Origin: an uncultured bacterium
GTDB lineage: Bacteria > Chloroflexota > UBA5177 > JANWHV01
Reading direction: 5' to 3'
Assembly (NCBI GenBank): GCA_963827235.1
Contig: CAWHAE010000012.1
Coordinates: 1,376,001-1,440,000, forward strand
Length of the DNA: 64,000 nt
Each line of letters starts with the position of its first letter. Positions within the stretch are counted from its first letter, which is position 1. The translations under genes were made by a program, and so were the position numbers. Below the pieces are notes generated by a model, which saw nothing but the letters and a program-made list of their open reading frames with translations, ran no database searches and was not told the origin of the DNA. Of the stretch, positions 49,201 to 60,017 are shown in pieces.

Positions 49201-50232
49201 GTGCCAGAAACACTCGCCACTCTGCCGCCAATCCAGGCGGACTACCTGGACACGCTCAAGTTCACAGTCTCGCAACGACCCCAGATCGAGGAGCTGACGG
49301 CCGCCGCGCTCAAGACCGGCATCACCAACGTTTACCTGGTCGGCGCCGGCGGCTCGCTGGCCGTCATGTATCCCATCCAGTTCCTCTTCGAGCAGCACGC
49401 CACGAAGTTCGCTGTCTCGATGATGACCAGTGCCGAGCTGCTGGCGCGCAAACCGGCGGCTCTGGGTGCCAAGTCGCTCGTTCTGGTCGCCTCGCATACG
49501 GGCACCACGCCGGAGACCGTCGAAGCCGCGCACTTCGCCCGCTCGAGGGGCGCGCGCGTCGTCGCGTTCACCCGCCTGCCGGAGAGCGCGCTGGCAAAAG
49601 CCGGGGATCTGGCCCTCACCTACGGCAGCGACAACACCGTCACCGAGGCAAAGGGTGTACTGCTCTATCAGCTCGGCCTTTCCCTGCTCGACCGCTTCGG
49701 CGAGTGGAGCGACTATGCCGGCGCCATGGCCGCGGTCGACCACCTGCCCAACGCGCTGCTCGAGGCAAAGCGCCAGAGCGAGACGAAGAACGCGGCCACC
49801 GCTGCCTGGCTCAAGGACGAGCCGATCATCTATACGCTCAGCTCCGGCCCGAACTACGGTGCCGGCTACGGCTTTGCCATGTGCTATTTGCAGGAAATGC
49901 AGTGGATGCACGCCTCGGCGGTCCACGCGGCCGAGCTCTTCCACGGCGCTTTCGAGGTGGTGGTGGAGGGCACGCCGCTGATCCTGCTCATGGGCGAAGA
50001 TCCTTCCCGGTTTGAATGCGAACGAGCGCAGCGCTTCATCGAGAAGTATTCAAAGAAGGTGGTGATTATCGACACAAAGCAGTTGGATCTTCCCGGTATA
50101 CCTTCGGAATACCGTGGCCTGGCCAGCCCGCTCGTGCTCTCGGCCATTACCTCCCGCCTGGCGGCCCATTTCGCTGCCGTCCGCAACCATCCGCTGGAGA
50201 CCCGGCGCTACATGTTCAAGGTGGAGTACTAG
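49201..50232 (+). CDS. frlB: fructosamine-6-phosphate deglycase (SIS domains)
   Basis: GAGGS, SHTGTTPET, CYLQEMQW, ELFHGAFE, RRYMFKVEY. Confidence 0.9.
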   Translation: MPETLATLPPIQADYLDTLKFTVSQRPQIEELTAAALKTGITNVYLVGAGGSLAVMYPIQFLFEQHATKFAVSMMTSAELLARKPAALGAKSLVLVASHTGTTPETVEAAHFARSRGARVVAFTRLPESALAKAGDLALTYGSDNTVTEAKGVLLYQLGLSLLDRFGEWSDYAGAMAAVDHLPNALLEAKRQSETKNAATAAWLKDEPIIYTLSSGPNYGAGYGFAMCYLQEMQWMHASAVHAAELFHGAFEVVVEGTPLILLMGEDPSRFECERAQRFIEKYSKKVVIIDTKQLDLPGIPSEYRGLASPLVLSAITSRLAAHFAAVRNHPLETRRYMFKVEY

Positions 50233-50237
50233 AAGCC

Positions 50238-51068
50238 ATGCGTATCGTGGGCATCGGCGACAACGTCGTCGATCGCTACCTGGCCATGGGGCAAATGTTC
50301 CCGGGCGGGAATGCGCTCAACGTCGCCGTCTTCGCACGGCGAGCGGGCGCTGACGCCGCCTACATCGGCGCCCTTGGCACCGATCGGGCCGGCCGGCAGG
50401 TGTTGCGCGCTCTCCAGGACGAGGGCGTCGACGTGTCGAGGGTGCGCACGGTGACCGGGTCCAATGCTTACGCCGACGTCGACCTGGTCGACGGCGACCG
50501 CAAGTTCGTCGGGTCCTCCCTTGGCGTCTCCATGTTCACTCCGGATGACGGAGATGTGGCCATGGCCCGGGCGGCCGACCTGGTCCACTCCAGTACCTAC
50601 AGCGGACTGGACACCTGGGTGCAGGCCCAACGGGGCGATCTGGCTATCAGCTTCGACTTCTCGGACCGGACGGAAAGGTCCTACGTCGAGGTCATGGCGC
50701 CCGGCCTGGCAAGCGCGCAGTTCTCCGGCTCGGCCTTCAGCGACCAGGAAGCGGAGGATCTGGCTCGCTGGGTCGCCTCAATCGGCACGCGCCTGGTGCT
50801 GGTCACGCGAGGTGCCAGAAGCGCCATCGCGTGCATGGGCGATCGCTGCTGGTCGCAGCAGCCGCGTCCGATAGTGCCCGTGGATACGCTGGGAGCGGGC
50901 GACGCGTTTATCGGGGCATTACTGGTCGCACATCTGAACGGCGCCGAGGTTCCCGAAGCGATGGCACGGGCTGCCGACGCCGCCGCCGTGACGTGCGGCT
51001 ACTTCGGCGGCTTCGGCCACGGAGGACCGATCGAGGAGAGGACAGAGACCGCTCAGGCGGCCGTGTAG
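50238..51068 (+). CDS. frlD: fructosamine kinase (PfkB family)
   Basis: GDNVVDRY, FPGGNALNVAV, DTLGAGDAF. Confidence 0.88.
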   Translation: MRIVGIGDNVVDRYLAMGQMFPGGNALNVAVFARRAGADAAYIGALGTDRAGRQVLRALQDEGVDVSRVRTVTGSNAYADVDLVDGDRKFVGSSLGVSMFTPDDGDVAMARAADLVHSSTYSGLDTWVQAQRGDLAISFDFSDRTERSYVEVMAPGLASAQFSGSAFSDQEAEDLARWVASIGTRLVLVTRGARSAIACMGDRCWSQQPRPIVPVDTLGAGDAFIGALLVAHLNGAEVPEAMARAADAAAVTCGYFGGFGHGGPIEERTETAQAAV

Positions 51069-51126
51069 CAACGACACTGACGCGGCCTGCCTCCTTTCCG
51101 GCGGCAGGCCGCTCGAGAAACCTCCC

Positions 51127-52470
51127 GTGATGAAGGGGCGAATGATGGAACACACAAGTCGGGCACGAACGTCTCGATGGCCTCGCTGGATCAGTCTGGT
51201 GGCGATCCTGGCCATGACTACCGGAGTCGCGGCGCAGCCCCAAGCGGTCAGCCATGCCGGTACCAGCAAGAGCTCGATCACCATCAACTTCCTGGAGAAG
51301 TGGCCTGAGCCGCAATACGCACCGTATTTCAAGCAGGTCGTGGCCGCCTATGAAAAGGCGAATCCCAACGTCACCATCAACATGCAGGCCGTGGGCGATC
51401 AGCCGTACAAGGACAAGATCCGTGTGCTCACCGCAGCCAACTCGCTGCCGGACATCTATTTCTCCTGGGCAGGCGACTTCACCAACAAGTTCGTCCGCGC
51501 CGGGCTGGCCGCCGATCTGACCAGCGCTTTCTACAAGAGCAACTGGCACACCATCGTCAGTCCTGCCCAGGCGAGCGTGTTTACCTATGACGGCAAGCTC
51601 TACGGCATCCCGATCGATCTCGATGCCAAGTTCTTCGTCTACAATACGACGATATTCGCCAAGTACCATCTGACGCCGCCGACGACGCTCTCTCAGCTGC
51701 TCAACATCTGCGGCGTGCTCAAGAAGGCCGGCGTCACACCCATTGCCTTCGGCAACCAGTACGGCTGGCCGGCGATTCACTACCTGACCACCCTGAACGC
51801 CGACTACGTGCCGCAGAGCACGCTGGCCCAGGACTACAATCCCAACACGGGCCAGTTCACCGATCCGGGGTATATCCAGGCCCTGGACACCTTCCAGCAG
51901 ATCAACGACCAGTGCCTCACGCAACACGCCAACGGCATCGCGCACGAGGCCGCACAGGCGCAGCTTCTGGCGGGCCGCGCCGCCATGCAGTATGTCGAGC
52001 TGGTCGAGTTCTCGGCATTCACGACCTCACAGGGCGCCCCGGCGTCCTTCGCCAACAACTGGAGCTTCTTCAAGTTCCCCGACATCCAGGACGCCAGGGG
52101 GGTCAAGGGCTACATCACGGGAGCGCCGGACGGCTTCCTGGTGTCGTCACACACCCAACACATGGCTCAGGTGATCGACTTCCTGAAATTCTTCACCAGC
52201 CCGGCCAACGGCCAGCTGATGGTCAAGATGCTGGGATGGGGCAGCCCGGTGATCGGGTCTGCCACGGCGCAGAATAGCTTCCCGCAGCTACGCCAGGGCA
52301 TCGATCAGCTCAATGCCGCCAAGGGCATGAACATCTGGCTCGACACCATCACGCAGGCGACCGTTGCCCAGGCCTATCTGGCAGGCGCGGAAGGCATGCT
52401 CGACGGCTCGATGACGCCCCAGGCGGTGATGAAATCCGTTCAGACCGCCGCGAAAGCCTTGCATAAGTAA
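51127..52470 (+). CDS. sugar ABC transporter substrate-binding protein
   Basis: Signal peptide, YEKANPNVTI, PDIYFSW, GKLYGIP. Confidence 0.9.
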   Translation: MMKGRMMEHTSRARTSRWPRWISLVAILAMTTGVAAQPQAVSHAGTSKSSITINFLEKWPEPQYAPYFKQVVAAYEKANPNVTINMQAVGDQPYKDKIRVLTAANSLPDIYFSWAGDFTNKFVRAGLAADLTSAFYKSNWHTIVSPAQASVFTYDGKLYGIPIDLDAKFFVYNTTIFAKYHLTPPTTLSQLLNICGVLKKAGVTPIAFGNQYGWPAIHYLTTLNADYVPQSTLAQDYNPNTGQFTDPGYIQALDTFQQINDQCLTQHANGIAHEAAQAQLLAGRAAMQYVELVEFSAFTTSQGAPASFANNWSFFKFPDIQDARGVKGYITGAPDGFLVSSHTQHMAQVIDFLKFFTSPANGQLMVKMLGWGSPVIGSATAQNSFPQLRQGIDQLNAAKGMNIWLDTITQATVAQAYLAGAEGMLDGSMTPQAVMKSVQTAAKALHK

Positions 52471-52487
52471 GAGTACGAAGCAACCGG

Positions 52488-52512
52488 GGGTGGGCCGCAC
52501 GGCGGCCCACCC
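52488..52512 (+). terminator. intercistronic stem-loop after the binding-protein gene
   Basis: GGGTGGGCCGC-ACG-GCGGCCCACCC. Confidence 0.55.
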
Positions 52513-52538
52513 TCTGATCGCGGATCCGGGAGGGTTTC

Positions 52539-53432
52539 ATGCGCGGGCGGAACTCACTCGTGCCCTGGCTCTATTTGTCGCCGGCTCTGATTCTGGTCGT
52601 GGTATTTGTCTACTATCCGGTGATCGACAACTTCTGGCTCAGTCTGTTCAGCTGGAACGCCTTCTCGCCGCATGATACTTGGGTCGGGCTGGATAACTAC
52701 CGAAGTCTGGCCAGCGATTCCATCTTCTGGTCTGCTTTGCGCAACAACACGTACTTCGCTATCTGCTCGGTGGTCTTCCAGGTCGGCATTGGCCTCATCA
52801 TAGCGGCCGTGCTCGAGGAGACGCTCATTCACCGCTTTCGAGTCTTTTTCCGCACGGTCTACTTCATCCCTGCCGTCATCTCCATCACGGTGGTAGGCCT
52901 GCTCTTCCAGGAGCTTTACGACCCGCAGATCGGTCTGATCGACGGTATCTTCCAGGGTCTCGGCCACCCCGGCTGGTCCCATGCCTGGCTGGGCGAGGGC
53001 ATGACGGCCATGTGGGCCATCATCGCCATGTCGCAATGGCAGAACATCGGCTATATTTCGCTGCTCTTCATCGTGGCTATTCAGAAGATTCCCTCGGATC
53101 TCTATGAGGCCGCGGCCATCGACGGAGCCAGCCGAGTCGGCCGCTTCGTGCACGTTACGGTGCCGATGCTGCAGGAAATGACGGTGCTCGCCCTGATCAT
53201 TACCATTTCCGGCGCCTACATGGTCTTCAACGAGGTGACGGTCACCACCGCCGGCGGCCCGGACAACGCCTCCCAGGTCCTGGGAACGTGGATGTACCAG
53301 TCGGCATTTATGTACGACAAGATGGGTTACGCCGCCGCGATCGCCAGCGTCATCTTCCTCATCACCTTCACCATCGCGGCCGCGCAGTTGTGGCTGACAC
53401 GAAAGGGACGCGAGGCCGCGTCGCTCGCCTAG
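52539..53432 (+). CDS. carbohydrate ABC permease
   Basis: EAA loop LYEAAAIDGA. Confidence 0.92.
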   Translation: MRGRNSLVPWLYLSPALILVVVFVYYPVIDNFWLSLFSWNAFSPHDTWVGLDNYRSLASDSIFWSALRNNTYFAICSVVFQVGIGLIIAAVLEETLIHRFRVFFRTVYFIPAVISITVVGLLFQELYDPQIGLIDGIFQGLGHPGWSHAWLGEGMTAMWAIIAMSQWQNIGYISLLFIVAIQKIPSDLYEAAAIDGASRVGRFVHVTVPMLQEMTVLALIITISGAYMVFNEVTVTTAGGPDNASQVLGTWMYQSAFMYDKMGYAAAIASVIFLITFTIAAAQLWLTRKGREAASLA

Positions 53433-53455
53433 TCACCCGAATGAGGAGACACAGC

Positions 53456-54370
53456 ATGATGGACCCTGCCGCATACGGCCGTAGGAGGGTGTACAAGGCG
53501 AGCGCGAAGGGGACACGAACCGGCCGCGGCAGGGCTGGGATTCGGCAGTCCATCCTGAATAACGCGCCCAGAGTATGTGTGTACATTCTCCTCTGGGCGT
53601 TCGCCCTCGCGATCATCTATCCGCTTATCTGGATGATCTACGCCAGTCTGAAGACCAACGCCGAGCTGTTCGGCAACACCTGGGGCCTGCCCACCGATCC
53701 TCAGTGGTCGAACTGGTCCCTGGCCTGGAGCCAGGGCGTGGGCCAGTTCGTGCTGAACAGTGCCATCGTCACCGCCGGCTCAATCGTGGGCGTCGTGGTG
53801 GTCAGCGCGTGGGCAGCCTACGCCCTCTCCCGCTTCCGCTTCCCGCTGCGCGACGTAGTGTTCCTCCTGCTGATCGGCGGCATGATGCTCGCTCCGCAGG
53901 TAGCGCTCATCCCGTTGTTCCGTCTGCTCAACAATCTGCACCTCTACAACACCTATTGGGGACTGATCATCCTCTACGTCGCCTTCCGCATCCCCTTTAC
54001 CGTGTTCCTCATGCGGGCATATATGCTCGGTTTGCCGCATGAGATGGAGGAGTCCGCGGTGATCGACGGCGCGTCGCACTGGCAGATCTTCTGGTACGTC
54101 ATTCTGCCCTTGAGCAAGCCGATCATCATCTCGGCCGCCCTGCTGCAGGCCCTGTTCAGCTGGAACGAGTTCCTGTTTGCCCTGACCTTCTTGCAGGACC
54201 AGAGTCTCAAGACACTGCCAGTCGGCCTGCAGGACTTGCAGAGCCGGGTGCTGACCAATTGGCCCGTCCTCCTCTCCGGCATGAGCATTGCCGCGCTGCC
54301 CATGATCGTCCTCTTCATCAGCGCGCAAGGCCGCTTCGTGCGCGGCCTGGCCGAGGGCTGGGGAAAATGA
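53456..54370 (+). CDS. carbohydrate ABC permease
   Basis: EESAVIDGAS, WNEFL. Confidence 0.9.
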   Translation: MMDPAAYGRRRVYKASAKGTRTGRGRAGIRQSILNNAPRVCVYILLWAFALAIIYPLIWMIYASLKTNAELFGNTWGLPTDPQWSNWSLAWSQGVGQFVLNSAIVTAGSIVGVVVVSAWAAYALSRFRFPLRDVVFLLLIGGMMLAPQVALIPLFRLLNNLHLYNTYWGLIILYVAFRIPFTVFLMRAYMLGLPHEMEESAVIDGASHWQIFWYVILPLSKPIIISAALLQALFSWNEFLFALTFLQDQSLKTLPVGLQDLQSRVLTNWPVLLSGMSIAALPMIVLFISAQGRFVRGLAEGWGK

Positions 54371-54876
54371 CGCGCACTCGCACGCTCCCACCGTGGTCTC
54401 TACTGTCTCACGCTGCCGAGGCTGCCGTCGATTCGCACGTCGTGTCCGGCGGACTCGCGCCCGGACGTCGCATGCGGCGCGCGGACACGGCGGGGGAACG
54501 CGGGGAATACCCAGGGGGCGGCGCGAGACGCGCCAGGCGCGCGCGACACCGCCGGTCCGCTCCGTGCAGTGCCGGGATCGGGCCGGAGATGATCAAGCCG
54601 GCCCGGTCCCGCCGCCACTGGCCGTAGGGTAGCCGTCACATAACGACCGCTGAGTAGCCGGGACCCGTGCGTCGCCTCATGAGGGCGACCAGGGTTCCGG
54701 CCGCGAGCGCGTGCCGCTATGGTCGTGCCCCCGTCGATCCCGAGCCCTGCACGCCCATGCCCTCCGAGGCGCGCCCGCGCATACCCGCGGCCGGCGAGTA
54801 CCGTCCCGCGACCGCAGTGGTCGGGGAGGATGGCGGGCCGCCGCGACCGAGCAGAAGGCAGGAGTAATCGACCATC

Positions 54877-55890
54877 ATGGGTTTCTTCTCTATTCCAAGG
54901 CGCCGGCATCTCGCGGCCACACTGCTGTTGCGCGGCCGGCCGGCTCTTCACTGGACGCCCGGCCGGGCGATGCTCGTGCTCGTTCTGGGCAATTTCATAT
55001 TTGCCGGCACGAACGTGGCGAGCAAAGACGCGATGCGCGTGCTCACACCCATCGAGCTGAACACCCTTCGTACCGCCATCGCGGCCATCGTGCTGTCTCC
55101 CGTACTGTGGACGGCAAGGCGAAGCATTCACGTCGGCATGCGGGATCTCTGGCAGCTTGCCCCGCTCTGCCTATCCAGCTTCGTGCTGAGCAAGATACTG
55201 GCCATCGCGGGACTCAATCTCACGACAGCGTCGGACGCCTCGCTCTTGATGGGCGCGGAGGTGCTGTTCACCTCGATCATGGCCTGGGTGTTCTTGAGGG
55301 AGGCGGTGCGGCGCCACGCGGTCGTGGGCCTGATTCTGGGAGCGATCGGCATCTACGTCGTCGTCACCGGCGGACTTGGCTGTTCCTCGGGAGGCAGCGG
55401 CACCCGGCTGGCCGGGGATCTGCTCGTCCTCGCCGGCATCCTGTGCGAAGCCGCCTTCAATATCCTCGGCAAGACGGCGGTGAAGCGGTGGCCGCCGCTG
55501 TTTCTCGTCGCGGCCTGCGTCGTGGGCAGCCTGATCTTCTGGATCCCCGCCGGCGCAGCCGACGTGGCAGTCTCCGGGCTGCCGCGGATGACCCCTGGTG
55601 CCTGGGCCGGCGTGCTCTACCTGGGAGTCGCAGCCACTGCCTTAGGTTATGTCATGTGGCTGATGCCGCTGCAGCATGTAGACGTAGGGAGCGCCGCGAT
55701 GACGCTTGCGCTGCAGCCGCTGCTCGGCACGGTGCTGGCCGACGTGCTGCTGGGCGAACACCCGGTGCTCTCCACGGTGGTCGGCGGCGCCTGCATCGTC
55801 ACGGCCATGCTGGTCGCCGGACGCGATACCGGCGTGCAGGCCGGTCATCGCACCCGACCTAGCGGAGCAATCGACGGTACCTTACCATGA
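54877..55890 (+). CDS. DMT/EamA transporter
   Basis: Two EamA-like repeats with AWVFLRE and LLGE. Confidence 0.85.
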   Translation: MGFFSIPRRRHLAATLLLRGRPALHWTPGRAMLVLVLGNFIFAGTNVASKDAMRVLTPIELNTLRTAIAAIVLSPVLWTARRSIHVGMRDLWQLAPLCLSSFVLSKILAIAGLNLTTASDASLLMGAEVLFTSIMAWVFLREAVRRHAVVGLILGAIGIYVVVTGGLGCSSGGSGTRLAGDLLVLAGILCEAAFNILGKTAVKRWPPLFLVAACVVGSLIFWIPAGAADVAVSGLPRMTPGAWAGVLYLGVAATALGYVMWLMPLQHVDVGSAAMTLALQPLLGTVLADVLLGEHPVLSTVVGGACIVTAMLVAGRDTGVQAGHRTRPSGAIDGTLP

Positions 55891-56010
55891 GACGTGGGAA
55901 GCACCGGGGGCCTCCGGCCGCGGCAGGAGGGAAAGGCCGGGTCCGGCCGGGTGGATGGCAAGGGGCATCAACATATGCCGCTTGGTCTCGCGGGGAAAGG
56001 AAGTACAGCC

Positions 56011-56481
56011 ATGGATGCAGCGACGCGCCGGGATTTGATCGCGCAGTACAAGAACGGCTATCAGGAAGTGGTGGATGCCCTGCACGGACTCGGCGATGCC
56101 GAGCTCGACCGGAGACCGTCTCCCGCCGAATGGACGGCGCGCGAGATCGTCCACCACCTGGCCGACAGCGAGATGACCTCGGCGATTCGCCTGCGTCGTT
56201 TACTGGCCGAGGATCACCCCGTGATTCAGGCCTACGACGAGCAGGAGTTCGCGCGCAGGCTGCATTACGACCGGCCCACCGCCGCCTCGCTGGAAGCGCT
56301 CCGCGCCGCCCGCCTGAGCAGCGCCTCTCTGCTCGAATGCCTGACCGACGACGAGTGGCAGCGTGAAGGCACGCACAGCGACAGCGGGCGCTACACGGTG
56401 GAGGACTGGCTGACCATCTACGCGCGCCACGGTCACGACCACGCCGAGCAGATCCGGCGCGCCCTCGCCCCAAAGGGCTAG
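56011..56481 (+). CDS. DinB-family protein
   Basis: WTAREIVHHLAD, HGHDHAEQI. Confidence 0.88.
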   Translation: MDAATRRDLIAQYKNGYQEVVDALHGLGDAELDRRPSPAEWTAREIVHHLADSEMTSAIRLRRLLAEDHPVIQAYDEQEFARRLHYDRPTAASLEALRAARLSSASLLECLTDDEWQREGTHSDSGRYTVEDWLTIYARHGHDHAEQIRRALAPKG

Positions 56482-56756
56482 CGCCGCTTCAAGCCGCCTG
56501 AAGGCAGACCACCCCGGCACCCACATTGACGGTGAGGTGGGGCGAAGGCGCACGGAATGCCCAAGGATTCACGAGAGTGTGGGCGAATCGTGGAGCCGGC
56601 AACGGCGCTACAGGTCCCGGTGTATTCGCCGGCAGGATCATTTGTCCCGGGCAGGCTCATCGCCCGGCCCAGCGCGGAGAGAGCTCCGCGCTGGGCCGGG
56701 ACCTCACCCTGGCCCGAGTATTGCTTGGCGGCGCAGAGCCTCCGCCAGCGCCGAGA

Positions 56757-58031
56757 CTACGCGAGCTCCAGGCACCACACCTTGCCGGATCCGGCCTCGG
56801 CGACAACGCCGCGCTCCGCGTGCATCTCGAAGCGGCCGAAATCGACGATGTAGAGCTTGTCGCCGTCGCCGCTGAAGCGCACGTCGATCGGCCGCGAGAG
56901 CGGGCCGGTCGCCACGTCGTGCAGGCTCCAGTCTCGCGGATCGACGCGCGCGATGCCACGGCCGACGCGCGGGCCAGCGGGCGCGGTCATCGGCGCCTCG
57001 TCGCCGAACAGGGCGACGAAGAGCTGGCCTGCCAATTCTCCTCTGCTCGCGGGCGCCACGTCGAACTTTACCGCGGCGACGTGCGGCGGGAAGCTCAGAA
57101 GGGCCGGCTCGGGAGGCGGCAGCTCGTCGTGGTTGCTCAGCACGAAGGCCGGCGCCGGCCCGCGCGTGGGCAGGAACCGCGGATCGGTGATCGGCACGTC
57201 GCCGATGAAGTCCGGCCAGCCGTACCAGGCACCCTGCCGGACCTCGAACAGCAGATCCGGGATATTGCCCACCGGGCGGCTGCCGCGGTCGTCCGCGCCT
57301 TGATCGACGGCCAGCAAGCGCCCGTCCGGCAGGAAACCGAATGCCCAGGCGTTGCGCAGACCCCAGGCCACCAGCTCGAGATCGCTCCCGTCAGGGTTGC
57401 AGCGCAGCATCGCCGACGTGCACGGCACCCGGCCCTCGATGCGCGTCCCTGCCTCCGAGCGAGTGCCAAAGGGAGCGAAGGCGCCCGTCCAGGTGCGCGC
57501 CCCTGGCGTAGCGGCGACCGGATCGGCGGTCTCGACGTTCACGCCGGCCAGCGTGATGCTATAGCCGGGAACGTCGTGCGCGTGCGGCAAACGCCGCAGC
57601 CAGCCCAGCTCGTAGGAGTCGAGCCCCACGATAGCCGTGTTGGTCATCGCACCCTGCGTGAAATACATCTTGCCGTCCGGACCGAAGGCCGTCATGTTCG
57701 TGTGATAATTGCCGGGACCGGGCAGGTCGTCCAGGATCGTGGTCAGACGGCCATCCATGTCGAGACGGCTGATTCGCCCGGGATGACCGCCCTCGGAGAC
57801 CCAGAGCGAGCCGGCGTGATACGTGAGTCCATTGATCGGCGGCCGCAGACCGTCGGCCAGCAGCGAGCGGGTCCCGCCGGGCGCCAGCCGCCAGATGCGC
57901 CCGCCGGGGGCGGCCCCGCCAAAAGGCAGCCCCGACTCGGCGACGTAGAGTATGCCGTCCGCATCGAGCGCCAGACTGGTTGGAAACGATAACTTATCGA
58001 CGACGAGATCGAGCGCACCGCTCGGCTGCAT
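56757..58031 (-). CDS. glucose/sorbosone dehydrogenase-like beta-propeller
   Basis: FGPDGKMY, AWGLRN, YGWPD, RPIDVRF. Confidence 0.8.
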   Translation of the reverse strand: MQPSGALDLVVDKLSFPTSLALDADGILYVAESGLPFGGAAPGGRIWRLAPGGTRSLLADGLRPPINGLTYHAGSLWVSEGGHPGRISRLDMDGRLTTILDDLPGPGNYHTNMTAFGPDGKMYFTQGAMTNTAIVGLDSYELGWLRRLPHAHDVPGYSITLAGVNVETADPVAATPGARTWTGAFAPFGTRSEAGTRIEGRVPCTSAMLRCNPDGSDLELVAWGLRNAWAFGFLPDGRLLAVDQGADDRGSRPVGNIPDLLFEVRQGAWYGWPDFIGDVPITDPRFLPTRGPAPAFVLSNHDELPPPEPALLSFPPHVAAVKFDVAPASRGELAGQLFVALFGDEAPMTAPAGPRVGRGIARVDPRDWSLHDVATGPLSRPIDVRFSGDGDKLYIVDFGRFEMHAERGVVAEAGSGKVWCLELA

Positions 58032-58120
58032 AGTCTTGTGTTCTCCTCCTACACAGCGCGGGGGCCCCGCGCAACGGCTCGAGAGTGACGGCGTCCCGTT
58101 TGATCGCGGACGAGCCAGGC

Positions 58121-58768
58121 TCAGCTCAACTGATGCTGAACGCTGGCCACGTCGTAGTAGAGTGACTCTCGCGTGATCTTGCCGTTCAGGCGCGTCACGA
58201 TGGTCATGCCCCGGACCTCTATCCGCCGCCCGGTCGCGGCGAAGCCGAGAAAGTCTCCCTGGTGCGTGCCGTGCAGAACCCATTCCGCTATCACCTGATC
58301 GCCATGCGCGAAGCGGTGCGTGACGTCGATCGTTGCGTTGCCGATACTGGTTATCTCGGCCAGCTTCCGCTGCGCGATCGCTGCCTTGCCGGTAATCGGC
58401 GCCTCGAACATCGGATCGTCCACGACCGCGTCGTCCGCGTAGTCGTCGAGGATCTGCTGCAAGAACTGCGCGCGCTGCGGGTCCAGCGATGAAGCCGTGA
58501 CCGGTCCGCCCAGGGTTGCACTGCCCTGCCGTTGCACGTGCACGTGGTGGAGCTTCTTGTTCTTATGCTGCTTGCCGGCATGCTTCTTCGTATCCGTCGT
58601 CGCGGGCAGGCGCGCTGCCTGGGCATCGGCCGTGGAGGACACCATCTCGATGCCCGTGCTGGACACGCCGACGCCTGCCAGCAGGGCAACAAAGCGACTG
58701 CGCGAGATCTCGTGCTGCTGGTAACGATGTACGAGCTGTTCGATCGGCTGATCGGTGGAAGTGTCCAT
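58121..58768 (-). CDS. SnoaL-like ester cyclase family protein
   Basis: YADDAV, EWVLHGTHQGDFLGFAATGRRI, GKITRESLYYD. Confidence 0.78.
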   Translation of the reverse strand: MDTSTDQPIEQLVHRYQQHEISRSRFVALLAGVGVSSTGIEMVSSTADAQAARLPATTDTKKHAGKQHKNKKLHHVHVQRQGSATLGGPVTASSLDPQRAQFLQQILDDYADDAVVDDPMFEAPITGKAAIAQRKLAEITSIGNATIDVTHRFAHGDQVIAEWVLHGTHQGDFLGFAATGRRIEVRGMTIVTRLNGKITRESLYYDVASVQHQLS

Positions 58769-58913
58769 AGTACAATCTCCCTGCCTGCTTTGCATAGCCA
58801 TTACTATGATGCCATGCTCTGCCGCAACATGCGACGCGCAGCCGCCTCCGGAAACGCAGGTTAGGCGGAGGCGCGGATCTTGCACAACAGTGCAATCGGG
58901 ACGTGGCTTGCGC

Positions 58914-59906
<993 letters not shown>

Positions 59907-60017
59907 GTCACTCCACCCAATCTAGCCCCTGAGGCCACCCTGCGCTGCTGCATACCGAAGGCGGGGCCTACATGCCTTCAGTATGCAGCAGCGCCGGCTT
60001 GAGATGGACGACTTCCT

